From: Antedon mediterranea
Taxonomy: Eukaryota > Animalia > Echinodermata
NCBI RefSeq assembly: GCF_964355755.1
Contig: NC_092670.1
Span: forward strand, 35,328,388 to 35,392,387
DNA length: 64,000 bases
Direction: 5' to 3'
A program made the translations under genes and the position numbers. This document shows, one piece after another, positions 1-13,509 of the stretch; the first letter of the stretch is position 1, and every line of letters starts with the position of its first letter. The notes under the pieces were generated by a model. It was given only the letters and a program-made list of their open reading frames with translations. It ran no database searches and was not told the DNA's origin.

Positions 1-214
1 TTCAAAACAGTTCAATCAATTCATATCGATGCATTTCATTCACATATCGCGTCATAAAATTAATATCATTGAAATGTTGCGTAAACAGTGTTCCATACAA
101 GATTGTTGTTTTTTCAATAGAGGCGAATAATCGTTTTAAAAATAATTTTTAAGGTTAACAATATTCCTTTTACTTTTATGATGTTGTTTTAGGCAGTTAC
201 AATAAAGAAGAAGG

Positions 215-700
215 AAGCATTCGGAAACTGTATCACGCGAAAGCTTACCGAATACTTACTACGGCTAACAAAAATTAGTATTTTGAAACTGGAACTGGGC
301 ATGCGCAAACACCAAAGCACGTCTGGGAAAATAGAGTCTATGCAGACAGTAGTAAGACCTTTTCAATAATAAACAATGTTTTCATTTTGCGTTTCAGTTT
401 ATCTTTGTAAAAATATGGTAAATATTTTTGGTGAATGATGTAAAGATGGAAAATTGCTTGATTAATGAGTACGTTTGTGGGCGTCTGGAAAATTAGAATC
501 ACGGCCTTGCTGAGTAATCCCGGAGTACTGTACTAAGTTTAGCTTACTACTGATTGTTAAACAAAAAGGCCTATTTCTTACAATTTTAAAATGGAATATC
601 AATAAAAATGCATCATTTAAATGAAGAAAGAACAATAATTAAAACTGATACGTCAAAAAGTCGGGCGGCGTTTTTTGTAAGAAATATTTCTTGTTTCAAC
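215..700. mobile_element. Dispersed repeat fragment, inverted homologue of 57240-57875
   Basis: acgtctgggaaaatagagtctatg (~320-343) vs catagactctcttttcccagacgt (~57764); gcggcgttttttgtaagaaatatttctt (~665-692) vs its reverse complement at ~57255-57285. Confidence 0.6.
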
Positions 701-3700
701 AATGATTGTTTTAAAAATAATTTCTAGATTGTATTTTTGTCAAAATACCGATGTTTCTTCCTATAGCTTATTTACGTGCGTGGGTTCAAGTGTCATGTCA
801 AATTTAACGACTTGCTATTTGGTCTACAAGTTAAAAATACATCTAATTATTTATATTATGAAGTGATTTATTGGTGTTCGAAATGTCCATAATACCTAGC
901 ATTGCTGTGTCACTGGAGTTAAACGTGATGTGGTATGAAACGCCAAAGAGAAAAACATTTTTCCATCTCCTTATTCGAGAGAATTTTATGCACCATTCAA
1001 AGTTGTTTAATATAGTATTGTATTACGCCTCTATTGTTAAATTGCCATGGTTGATAATTCCTAAGTGTATTAAAATGTTTCAGCGAGATCGAGTCAGTAG
1101 ACCAGAAGGCTTATTGGAGACAAACTTACACTGTTAACCAGAACACCTTCGTGTTTTAAAAACTGAAACATATGTCTTTTTACATACCAAGGGGCCTAAC
1201 CTAAATGGCCAATACTATTTCCAGTTTTTTTCTTGGACCTCTCAAAATCCTAATAAGAAGTCACTTGGTAATGGTATAAGCATATGAAAACTAGCACCCC
1301 CAAGCGGTTTGTTATGATTTATACTCACTTGATTTGTGTTTGATCACCATTTTTCTCTATTATCTTAAAAGCGAATTTTATAGGCCTATAATTTGAAAAT
1401 ATGCGGATCAAAATCAGTTAATGTTAAAATAATTAAAATAGCAATTAAATTATAATTATGGTAATTATTGCGTACTGATTGACAAAGACGAATGATATCC
1501 TTTAATATTATTAATCTTTTCTAGCTTGATCGCTTATTTTGAAATGAAATCCCACTAATTAGCGTCTCCCAGAAGAGCACTTGATATGAAAGCTGATATA
1601 ATAGTGCAATTGAGTGTCAGAGGACATGATCTGTTGTCACTCTGTAACCATGGTTACATCATAATTAAAAGGGTATTCTTACGACGAGTCTTTCACAAAA
1701 TAATTTTTTACTTGACCTAACACCTAATTATCTCTATATTTTATAATTTAAACAATGTTCATGGCAAGAAAATCAAACAGTTCAACATTTATGGCACTCA
1801 CTTACTATAATAGTTCAATGATATGGAATTAAGCTTATTTACTTAAACATTAAGCGTCCTCGGTGAATCGATTTATTATCAAAGGTGCAAAACGCGTTCC
1901 ACAGTCACAGAACGATATCTACGTAACGTTCGTCGTTGGGCACATTTTGTCGCTCAAGAATTTACGATAAGATAACATTCCATATTTTACGAGAGTAAAT
2001 CTAATGTAAACTTTTGATTTCATATTAACAAAACTGATGATTGATATGTAGTTACTGTTTATGGACCTCATCGCGTGACCGGCAAATTGTTGTACATTTT
2101 ATACAGTACCAGAACAATATTTATCTTAACACAAAATTATGTTAATACATTTTTTCATAATGTTAGAATGACCAGACCACGTCAGTAAACATAATCAACG
2201 AATTCCTTTCGATAATGACGGATTCTTCGTCATCTAAAAATAAGTAAACTCGTTTAACTATATTCATATTGTTACAGCACAAATTAACCCCCACACCCTC
2301 ACGTTGATTTTAGAACTTGCAGCATTTTTCCAAAAAACAAATCCTTTAAAAAATAAAAACTTTTAACTGGAATCAATAATCATTCTACATTTTAATTCAT
2401 TACTTTATTGAGGCTTTCTTATTAGACAGTAATTATTAGTGAGTCAAATTATGTATTTTGTTCAACATTAGGAATAAAATAAATAAAATGATTTATAAAA
2501 TAAGCCGTTTGATTTGATTATTTTGTATTTTATAGTAGTATTTTTAAAGAAATTATATACAAACAATAGTGCTAATATTTTAAAAATTATATGAGAGCAT
2601 GTTCCATGTTGGAGAAACACACCTTACCGGTGACAGCGTTTTGTTTAATGCTTTTGTCTCTCCTCGGCTTCGTGTCTTGTCTTCATATATATATATATAT
2701 TTCTATGTTTTGTAATTATTATTTCATGTTTATTGCCGAAATGAATAAAATAAATGCGTTTGTGCTACTTTATAATTTGAATGTTTGTTTTTATTAATAG
2801 CGCCCTCTGTTACACAGATTATGTTTGATACGTAGTTTACAAGACTACACAGCTGTTGAGTCTGAAAGACATTCTGTGAAGGCAAAATGTTTGTTAGATT
2901 CAACTGCGTAGTATAGCGCGCATGCGCAGAATGTTTGTTTTGTTACATTCTGTTATTCGCCTTTGAATTGTACCTTGTCTTAAAATCGAAAGTCCCTCTC
3001 AAACTCCAATAAATACTCTAGACTGTTTATGATTTTATGTAATAAGACCAGTTAGAAGTGTAATAAGTGCGTAAACCCATATAAATAAAAAAATTAGCTG
3101 TGTTAATATTATGCGGAATTCTGTAAAAAAAATTAACCCCCCACCCCCAACTTCCCAACCCTAACTTCCCAACCCTAACCCCCACCCCACCATCCCCGAA
3201 TACAACAACATTTCACCATTGTTCTTTATTGTATGTGTTTTTATCGTAGTCTTCTTAGACAATTCTTTACTGATTGATACAAATTAATAATTGTATTTAA
3301 TTGTTAAATGAACTCTTACGTTCAACATTGATTAAATCCGATTCTTCCCGAAGAGTTGCAAATAATCTGTTTTGTTGTTGTTTTGTTTTTGAAATACTAT
3401 AATCTTAATTTTAACGACAGAAGATGAAAGGAAAAGAACGTTGTTTAGAATAAAATGTAAATTTTAATCTCTGTATAATTAACATTACCGTACCCTCACT
3501 TAAGCTTGTTGGCAAACCATGTATGGTTGCAGGCAAAATTAATCAAAATGGTAGCTAAAATGTTTATTGACCACCAGGCAACCACTGTGTGTGTATCGTT
3601 GATAACACTCTAAAATCGTAACAAATTCACATGCGATTTTATTTAGATGTGTTTAATAGGTTTATCCTCGAATCATTGCATCGTCGTTCTAATCTATTTG

Positions 3701-5416
3701 TCAAATTGATAACAAACGAGTTATTAACCGTCTGAATTGCCATTAAAAGCAGTTATTAAGAATAATCATGGTGTTTCTCTCAAAACACTGTTACAGCAAT
3801 TGCTAAGAAATGGTTTCCACTTTTAACGGTTTACATAACGCCCGTAAACTGCATTTAATTTACTTTAGTTATAATAGGCCTAAGTGGTATTCATTATGCA
3901 ATACTTTAGGAAATTGCAGTGTTTTCGCTGCAGTTCCTCGGTAGTCATCTTCAATTATATACATTGATGAATGCACGGAAAGCAACGTTGTCAACGGTTT
4001 TAACTCCAGGTATCGTGTTACCAATAATTGAAATATCCTGGAACGCTTGACCGTATTGTATTGATTTTTCATAAAGAAGAGATTTTTAGTTTATACATAG
4101 TTATAATACTTCAACACCGGTAAAGGTCATTTGCAGTCACGTGTCACTCTTATCTTATTCATATGAATCTGATTAATGTATTACATACAGTATAACAGTT
4201 TTTTTTAATAGACGTTCAATTCTAAAGCTTACTGAAAGCAACTGAAAAAAACTACAGATTAACGCTTACCGGTGCGTGTGTTATCGAATCGCCCTATTTA
4301 TACTAAAATATGCATTATTATTTTATAGATAAGGTTGAAACATCGATAGTTTGCCGTTGATGCAAGTCAGTTGGAAAAGACACGTGCAAATACACATTGT
4401 ATAATATTGAGTTCAAGTAGGTCTGAGCACATTGATCCCATGGCCTAGGGTAAGTCATTTTGTAGTTGTTTATCTCGTGTGTATACCAGTGGTGGCTCAC
4501 AGGTTGATGAATGGTGGTGGTAGGCCTAATATGGTTGAAATACTGCTGAGTGAGAAGAGTGGAGGACATTAGTTTATTTTTCTACTAAGTTGATTGAACA
4601 AAACGTATGATGTAGAAGTACTCCTACAGTTACAAGTATTATTAGATTTGTCTATTGAGTTTGTGATTACGATTAGAAAAAGCAAAATATAATGTCTACT
4701 TTTTCGTTAAAACATAAATTCGGTTTCTTCAAAAGATTCAGCATACGTACAGAATACCAATGTGCTTCACGACCTGGCTTTCATCATCCAGTGTTCAAAA
4801 TTAATCAGACAGTATATATAGCATGCTCTAATGTGGCATAATGTTTCTTGTGATCGTTTCTATTTAATTTATCGTGAAAATAAATTTAAAGTAGTGTAAA
4901 TTTATCCTTGAACTTCAACTTTCTCTTACTAGTAAGTTAATACTGATTTTGCCATTTATAAATGTTCAATGATACGTATTAACGATTGAAATGTAACCTA
5001 TAGGATTTAATATCTGACACGTTCAAATGTCTCTCGATGAAGGTCACGCCGCAATGTTTATACATGATTTTAGTTAGTACATGTGTCCATTATTAGATAT
5101 TAATATTTCCTTATTCGTAATCCGTTTTTGTACATGTGTAGTATACTAACAGTTTCTCTGCTTATAATTATTATGACCGCGACTTTGTGGGAATCAATTA
5201 GTGTACAGCTGTAATAATAGGCATTTTGGTAACATTACATGCGACGTGTCCATAATGTGTATGCACTGCGAAAGCTACCATTTGGAAGCAACGTAACGAC
5301 GTAGGTGCCACGCGAGTGGTTTTTGAGCAATCACAATCGACAACTCGGGTGCTCCCTCCATCGCGACATGATTGGTTAAATTACATGCGATGCGGTTACG
5401 TCATTGCGTTGCGTCT

Positions 5417-5552
5417 AAAGCCCTGTCTACATTATCAAACTTTGCGAGAAAGACATATTGTGATAATGCTCATTATATAACGACCATATTTGGCGCACAT
5501 CACATTTTTTGTCACATCAAGTTTGATACACCGGTAGTGTAGAAAGAGCTTT
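5417..5552. mobile_element. MITE (aagc(t/c)ctgtctacactatcaaac...tgtagacagagctt family), nested in an older MITE; other copies ~39742-39833 and ~40552-40686
   Basis: Terminal inverted repeats and shared internal cacatcaca motif across three copies. Confidence 0.65.
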
Positions 5553-7377
5553 AGTGGGAACTAAGCTAAACGTGCGTTCAGACGATAATAAGTTTATCGC
5601 CTTTGTTCCGGCCTCGTCAAGTGTGTCCATAGTATGTTATGAATGCGTTTTTTATGGCCATCATGTCGTGATCTCTATGGACAGCCAATAAGGCCAAAAT
5701 AAAGGAAATGTCGAGAGATCTCAATATCTTCATCTACTGTATCTTTTTCATTTTAATTAATTTGAAAGGTTTTTTATTACTCTTCGTGCAAAAAGGCAGA
5801 CGAGTAAGTATTTTCAACAGACGATATCTACATAATTATTCCCATATATTTGATCTAATGACCGTTTATTTACATTACAATGCGCTAAGTAACATTTTGT
5901 TAATTATTTACTCGTAATGGCGCATTAAGAGATGATTCCTACACGCGTAATTTTCCATCGTACTGTGCTGGAAGCAAATCGATTGGATCATACCACTATA
6001 TTGAGTACGGTATCATTTAAAAACAATTTGTCATTGTTTAATTACCAGCTAATGACACTGTTTTATGTTTGGTTATTGTTAAAACTTCGTACGTTTTGAA
6101 CATTAAATTGTGTATGGTTGGTTTTAAAACGTGAAAGAACTAGGTGTATTACAGTATATTTAACCATAACTGTAGATGAGGTTAGGCTTGGAACGGTGTA
6201 TGATATCACTCTGGAATAAAGAAACTCTAGGCCTATTAATTGAACTAACTACTGCTCCAATACCTTGTGGCGTTTGTATTTGATCCGGTCGTAGTGTACA
6301 AAAGATGCACTTGTTTTAAAAAAGGTTCAAAGTTCAAGTTTTCAATTTCCTTTTCAAACAATTCACAATACAATCTGATAATATATGTATTACATAACAC
6401 AAAACGCACTTTTCGATGTCAATGGCACACACACAGCAAATATCTTTGTCCAGCGTAACAAGATGATACACACAATAGGCTTCCGGTCTGTTGCCATTAA
6501 CACGTTGCCACCAACACGTTGTCCCCCGCCCATTCCCCACCCGGCCTGTTGCCAACCGACCTAATATTTTCCCGTCAGCACCCGACCTATTATTTTCACT
6601 TGGACTATCCCCACCCGCTATATTTTCTCTAATTGGCTTTTCGCTGCCCAGCCTATTTGTTACCCTTTCGCCATCAATTACATTATACTATTAATAGTAT
6701 GATTCCTTGACACATCTACATGCGCGCGCACCTAAACTATACTGTAAATCTCAGACAATTAGTACAAAAAGCTAATTACTTTTTCCGCGTTCACACGACG
6801 ACTAAGGACATAACATTTTACCGACGTCATTATTTAAAACATAGTTTGTTTTAAATTAATGAGTTCACAACATTTCATTGATGTAAGCCGTATTTTTTCT
6901 TGTATTGTGTGTCGTACGATGTAATTAATTAAAACCACACACAGGGTTGCTTATGTGTCATTTAATATTATCGTAAAACATTGTTTTTTTATAACGTTAA
7001 TGTGCGGGTATATCAGTGTGTTTTGAATAATGCCTACATGAATGTTCGTTTGTAATGCATTAACTGTAAAGCTTGGTTCCCAACTTGAAATATTCCAAGT
7101 GACAGTTTTGATGATCCATCGCGTCGTGATTGGTCAAATTCCGTTTACATCCTCGGGTTGCGTCATGTAAACCAATGTTGGTTATTGTACAAAATGAATT
7201 CTCAATATCCACACTCTATCCAGTAATTACAAACACGTAAATTGTAAACCGACAAACATAACATTCAGTGTATATTGTAAATAAAGTTCTCAGTTTTCCC
7301 CTTTCTATTTATATATATAGCCAGTGTAGCATACACAAATCTACATTATTACTAAACAAATGCAATACAAACTCTAA

Positions 7378-7379
<2 letters not shown>

Positions 7380-7463
<84 letters not shown>

Positions 7464-7470
7464 GCAATCA
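7380..7470. repeat. (CAAT)n microsatellite
   Basis: about 20 perfect tetramer units. Confidence 0.98.
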
Positions 7471-7550
7471 ACGTAAACATTTATTTTCTTTTCTGAATAA
7501 GGTATTAAAAAATTACGAATTTCGAATAATACATTTCATAAATATATATA

Positions 7551-7767
7551 TACGGAACTTTCGCCAATGAGCTATGCTCGACGCGACTATGAGATCATGT
7601 TCAGAATATGAGCACTGTTTCTATAATTTACAGTATGATTTATATATATATGTTATATATATATGTTTCTATAACTTGCTGTATGATTTTGTTTTTGCCA
7701 ACTCTTATGCTATGACTTTATCCAAATTCCCTCACTTGCACTGATGAAGGGCTAGTGTTGCCCGAAC
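7551..7767 (+). mobile_element. Penelope-like element 3' remnant ending in a truncated minimal hammerhead core
   Basis: Starts after (TA)n; CTGATGA-A-GGGC-tagtgtt-GCCC-GAA at 7741-7766 (core + stem II); stem III and cleavage site missing. Confidence 0.5.
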
Positions 7768-8031
7768 ATTAATTCTAAACCGCCCGGTGAAATACTGAAA
7801 TTTAATTAATTAATTTGAAACGATAAAGATGAGGAAATCTGTGAGAATGAGAAAAAGTCGCCCAAACCGAGACTCGAACTCGGAATGAAAGCCCCAGTAG
7901 TCTAATGGTTAGGACATCTGCATATCAAGCAGGCGGTCCGAGTTCGAGTCTCACAGATTTCCTCATCTTTATCGTTTCAAATTAATTAATTAAATTTCAG
8001 TATATCACCGGGCGGTTTAGAATTAATGTTC
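7764..8031. repeat. ~270-bp palindrome (83-bp near-perfect arms) enclosing a tRNA-like unit
   Basis: 7764-7846 is the reverse complement of ~7948-8031 with one mismatch; inner gagactcgaactcgga pairs with tccgagttcgagtctc. Confidence 0.92.
7891..7952 (+). pseudogene. tRNA-like Pol III unit (A box TAGTCTAATGG, B box GTTCGAGTC, anticodon position ATC); degenerate second copy ~42216-42272
   Basis: Anticodon stem TCTGC/GCAGG, T arm CCGAG-TTCGAGT-CTC(GG); the missing 3' acceptor strand and T-run survive only in the inverted left arm. Confidence 0.65.
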
Positions 8032-9187
8032 TTTGCCTGTTGTGTTTATATAGACTATTTTGACTTAGGCCTATACACAAATAAACCTTATATAATAAGA
8101 ACAGCAACATGTAGAAAGAAAGATGGCAATCCACGAAAGACAAAAATTAATCAGTCAAATTTCTTGAAGGTTTTACATGTTAATACAGTTAGAAGATTAC
8201 GTAATTTTATAGAGCTTAAAAATAATTCTTGAATATACCATTTTAATGTCACCTAATAAAACAAAATGTATTTACCTAAAAAACTGTAATTTAAAGCAAA
8301 AATATAGTCAAATCGACTGCCAGCCAATGTGTTTTGGTTGAATTTAACCTTTTATTTTGTCATTTTATTTTCAGGGTTTTTTCTACGGAAGTGATAGACT
8401 TTATTAAATTACAAAATAATCTATTCAAAGTCTGATTTTATTAATCTTTTTTAAAGCACAAATACATCTTTAGAAAAAAGATTTTAAATCAAACAAGAGC
8501 AACCTTAATCGTCGTATGTAGTCCCGGGGCTATATAATAATATACAGTACTTTAAAATGATTGTCACGTGAACTGAATGACATTGTCATTTGATTGATGT
8601 TCTAGAAAAATCCTTATTCTACAATGTATAACATCAATACATTCGATAGCATGAGGCAACAATAGAGATTATTACCTCATAACATAGATTAACATGATTA
8701 AATGTAAATGTAATTATAATCGTCCTCGGGTCGACTTATCTGGAGAGTATGAGGACATTCGGAATACAGACCCTAGGTATAATAAACCAAGTTGACCAGA
8801 CGAAAGACAGGGTCAGAATACATCGGAGTAATCCCCTGTTAGTGGAGTAGAATGCTGTACTTATTTCTTAATGATAAAAAAAAATTGTTGTTGAATATGC
8901 CATTTTAATGTCACATAATAGTTATCCAATTCGAACACAAATTAAAAAAAAATATTTATTAAATTATAAAAAGACTGATATCGATCGACAAAACTAAATA
9001 TTACATTTTCATTTGAATCACTTTTGAATCGCATTTAAACAAAATATGTCAAAATATGTATATTTTGTAATATGTTATAATGTTTGAATAACATTTTTTT
9101 GTTGTTATTAAACTTTGTGGCTGACATGCATGAGGTCCAAAACACTTAATAAAAGAGAACGATATAAACACGAAAACGAGAAAAAGA

Positions 9188-9967
9188 TATGCCGGGTTTA
9201 GGTAACCCGAGTTCTGATGCTGTAAGCCGGGTTTGGGTAACCCGAGTTCTGATGCTGTTATGCAGGGTTTAGATAACCCGAGTTCTGATACTGTATGCCG
9301 GGTTTAGGTAACAGGTAACCCGAGTTCTGATGCTGTATGCCGGGTTTAGATAACCCGAGTTCTGATACTGTATGCCGGGTTTAGGTAACCCGAGTTCTGA
9401 TGCTGTATGCCGGGTTTAGGTAACCCGAGTTCTGATACTGTATGCCGGGTTTAGGTAACCCGAGTTCTGATGCTGTATGCCGGGTTTAGGTAACCCGAGT
9501 TCTGATACTGTATGCCGGGTTTAGGTAACCCGAGTTCTGATACTGTATGCCGGGTTTAGGTAACCCGAGTTCTGATGCTGTATGCCGGGTTTAGGTAACC
9601 CGAGTTCTGATACTGTATGCCGGGTTTAGGTAACCCGAGTTCTGATGCTGTATGCCGGGTTTAGGTAACCCGAGTTCTGATACTGTATGCCGGGTTTAGG
9701 TAACCCGAGTTCTGATACTGTATGCCGGGTTTAGGTAACCCGAGTTCTGATGCTGTATGTCGGGTTTAGGTAACCCGAGTTCTGATACAGTATGCCGGGT
9801 TTAGGTAACCCGAGTTCTGATGCTGTATGCAGGGTTTAGGTAACCCGAGTTCTGATACTGTATGCAGGGTTTAGGTAACCCGAGTTCTGATACTGTATGC
9901 CGGGTTTAGGTAACCCGAGTTCTGATGCTGTATGCCGGGTTTAGGTAACCCGAGTTCTGATACTGTA
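9188..9967. repeat. 35-bp minisatellite, ~22 copies (tatgccgggtttaggtaacccgagttctgat(a/g)ctg)
   Basis: Direct tandem units with no spacers; internal hairpin cgggtt/aacccg. Confidence 0.98.
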
Positions 9968-9970
9968 TTA

Positions 9971-11089
9971 CCCTTTTTACACTATCGACTGAGAGAGGAA
10001 CACGAGTTGAACTCGGAGGCAATTTCCATTTACACTAGCCAAAAAAACTGCGAGATGAACTCGAGTTGCGCCCATTTACACTGCATCGATCACCCCGGTG
10101 CTGTCAATCAAATTACTATTGCAAGCGCACACGTGGAACTTAACTGACTATGATTTAAACACTGGAACATATCGACAAATCTCATATAAAAACATAATAA
10201 TCCGAATTTAAACACAATTTATTTAATTTTGAATATAATCCAGTGTTATATTTTCTTTGTGGCTATTAAGATTATCATTTATTATTTTAAAAATTAGGGC
10301 CTAACAATTATTTTTGTTTTTAAAATGACTGCATTTCCGCCTTGTAGACTGTACGTACATTAAATAGACCTTAAATTGTTAGGTTGGCGTAAAAATAGGG
10401 TAGATACGGTAAGTATTTAAAATAAAAAATGTATTTGTTAATTAGCATAACAATGTATCAATGAAGGAAAATTATTATATGGTACTTTTTCAGTTCCTAA
10501 AAAAGATATCATTTTCATCCATTGGGACGTCAGTATTATATATATTTTTCCCTTTTTCAATAATTAGGCCTACATAGAATCGGCCAGAGTAGAGTTACAC
10601 CAATGTTAAATTATTTTTTGGCTTTCTGGTAAGGTAGAATGCACACGAACAATTTCAATATTTTCAGCAGAGAAGAAAAGTCATAAATTTGTTTGTGCCT
10701 TTAAAAGAAAATAACGAACAGCACAACATATCGTACAATTATTGTTTTAAGCAAAGAAGGTGTATTTTAAGCAAAAAAAATCTATTTCGTTTGCATAATA
10801 TATTGTATTTCTGTGACAACATGTTAAATTTTCACGTCAATGACCTTTAACAGCTCGGTGTTGAACCACAAAAACCGTTTACACTTCGTGTCTCTGGTGT
10901 AGATTCGACTACACCGGAGAAGGTACACCGAAAACATTCAGCTTCGTTTCACCCCGGGGAGAGCACACCGGGGTGGTTGGATTTTCCCATTTACACCAGT
11001 CAATAAAAACCACAACACCGGAGTTCAGCGGCCTGGTGTACTAACAACTGCGGGGTTACACCGCTGTTATGGTGATAGTGTAAAAGGGG
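9971..11089. mobile_element. Non-autonomous DNA transposon (~1.1 kb) with 16-bp TIRs and TA flanks
   Basis: TA|ccctttttacactatc ... gatagtgtaaaagggg|TA; repeated subterminal tttacac motifs; no ORF. Confidence 0.75.
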
Positions 11090-11764
11090 TATGTCGGGGT
11101 TAGGTAATCCGGGTTCTATTACCTCGGATTTTATTCGTATAGATTTTATACAGGAAAAGAAGAGGGACACTCTTCTGCATACCCCTATTATAGTATCATC
11201 GCGTTTGAATTATGTGCACACAATGTTCTTAATTGTATGTATAGGTCTAATTCTCGATTTAAACCGAATCTCAATCCCTCTCAAGCCTCTCCCCTTCCCA
11301 CACACTCACTGTATTGTTGACATTATACAAACTACAGTATTCAAAATAATAATGCCATGTTGATACTTTTTAATAAACGACTTTTACTGATCGATTCAAC
11401 ACTTTGAATCAAAATCCCCCATTAATTAACTGTGTCATCTGCAAGTAATGCTTTTTAATTTGTCAAAGAATGTTTGTCCTTTTGTATCTGTTTGTATAGG
11501 ATTAGTGTTGCTACGTAGCAACTTCGCGATTGTGACGATTGTCTTGAAATAGAAAATATTTAGCAATGTATAAATACAATACAGGAAGAGAATAAGGAAG
11601 AAAAAAAGAGAAAAACAGCAAAAGGAAAAAGACAAAACAGGAAAAAAGGAAAAACATATAAAGAAAAAAGGAGAAGAAAGATTAACAAGCACGAATGTGC
11701 AATACTCGGGGTACAGCGAAAGAAGCTGTATACAGACGTATACAGTTAGAAAGTAAAGAAAATA

Positions 11765-11835
11765 GGTTTCGCCAGGGCTCGAACCGGGACCTTCTGCGTG
11801 TTAAGCAGACTTGACAACCACTACACTACGAAACC
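11765..11835 (-). tRNA. tRNA-Val(AAC)-like gene, probably a pseudogene
   Basis: Minus strand GGTTTCGTAGTGTAGTGGTTGTCAAGTCTGCTTAACACGCAGAAGGTCCCGGTTCGAGCCCTGGCGAAACC; intact acceptor and anticodon stems, D- and T-stem defects; TTTT downstream. Confidence 0.75.
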
Positions 11836-12048
11836 TCTTACATTAAAAATGTGGGTTACAGAAAGTTATTTAATCCATTTAAATTACAAATAAATGGTAA
11901 TAAGCACAAAGCAAAATAAACATGTGTAAAAGTGATAATTACCGATTACACAAAATAAGTATTTTAAAAAATAATAAAAATAAGATATACTCTGTATAAT
12001 TATCATATTGCGTATACAGTACTTTTCACCATAAATTAAAAAAAAAAA

Positions 12049-12120
12049 GGTTTCGTCCGGGCTCGAACCAGGTACCTTCTGCGTGTTAAGCAAACGTGAT
12101 AACCACTACGCCAAGAATCC
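12049..12120 (-). tRNA. tRNA-Val(AAC)-like pseudogene, second copy
   Basis: Minus strand GGATTCTTGGCGTAGTGGTTATCACGTTTGCTTAACACGCAGAAGGTACCTGGTTCGAGCCCGGACGAAACC followed by a long T-run; acceptor-stem mismatches. Confidence 0.72.
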
Positions 12121-13509
12121 GCATATAACCATATAACTACATAACGCTGTGGTGTGTGTCACACATTGTGGCTTCTTAATTAAACAAATTAATTAACAAA
12201 AAATTAAATATCCGGCTCTATAGCTTTGAGGACATGTCCCTGTAGTATGTTCATGCCAAATCCCAGCTCAATACTATAACGAATAAGGGAGGAGTAGTAC
12301 TTTAAAAATCGCACTTTTTACTCAATAGTGTCCAGATGGAGGAAGAGAAGGAGAAAATGAGTAAGTACTAGACTCGGGTACCCCGAGTAAAAACTAAGAA
12401 AAAAGAAGAAAAAAATATGATTGTTTTTTAAAATAGGTATTGTATTGATAAATATAAACTCAAAAAATCATTAATTTCGAAGAAGAGCTGAGACAAAGTC
12501 GAATAGTACGGTAGCTTTTGTGATGCCAATTAATTCAACAGCTAACTTTATCTCTCAACACTATACGCTTAATGCCTACAATTTAAGCTACTTCCCATAC
12601 CAAGTATAATCTTGAAGCAGTTCAAGCGATGTATTGCAAGGAAGCTATAGTGCGGCTTTTCAAAAATATGTAATACGTGCTTCTCTGTTGTATGTTTTGA
12701 TGTGTGTAAGACGATTGTTTTGAGTCCTTAAGTGAAGGTTTTACGGCACGAAGTATCGGCGTGCCGTCAATAGACCGGTAACTTTCCAAAATGATAAAAT
12801 ATTTAAAAAGTGGATGCTCGTTCTATTAAGAAAATTAACGCATTAAATAGTAATTTACTTGAAGAGTGTGTATGTATCACTTGTAACTGTGAATTAGGTC
12901 GCTCGTTCTCACCAACATCAACGGTATAGCATTATATTACTGTACATCAGGTATTATAATCTTTATTTTGTTGTTGAAAGACTTGCTGTTTTTATTGCTC
13001 TCAGTTTTTGGTTCCTATTTTTAGACTTGATGAACAATTGAAATCAAGAAGCACGTCTATTTGTGTACGTGCGTACATGCGTAATGTGCACGTACTATAT
13101 GCGTTTATTACATTGTATGTTGTTGTGATTGATTCGCAACTCACTTTGACAAGTGACATACTTTTGAGTGTGTATACAAAAACCGTTTTGGTTCGTACCT
13201 GTTTATATTAAACATGTTTTTTTTTCTCAATAAAGCATCTCATAGTTTTTTTAGACAACATACATTCCAAATATCGAAATAATTGATTTTATTTAGATTT
13301 ATAGTGTCATAAATATTTAAATAAATGTTCTATATCGCAAAATACTCAATAAGGTGAAAACCTAATGACAGAGACATCGTGTATTAAAAGTACGTAATAC
13401 AGTTAGATAGGTATCTGGTACAATTAATCATTATTCATTTATATTGACCATTATAGTCTAGTTGCAAAAAAAAAACCAAAAACATCGCATATTATTAAAT
13501 TTTAATTAA

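Larger units (their letters stand above)
11684..12390 (-). mobile_element. Non-autonomous Helentron/DINE-1-like element (HINE) carrying two tRNA-like cassettes
   Basis: Perfect 12-bp subterminal IRs tactcggggtac (11703-11714) / gtaccccgagta (12378-12389); hairpin actcggg-tac-cccgagt at one end, gcac-gaat-gtgc stem-loop at the other; AA (TT on minus) flanks. Confidence 0.7.

Noticed and set aside
7268-7570. 100-aa ORF with NQSI repeats
   Set aside because: Translation of the (CAAT)n microsatellite
9188-9967. 35-bp hairpin repeats as a CRISPR array
   Set aside because: Units are head-to-tail with no unique spacers, there are no cas genes, and the context is eukaryotic
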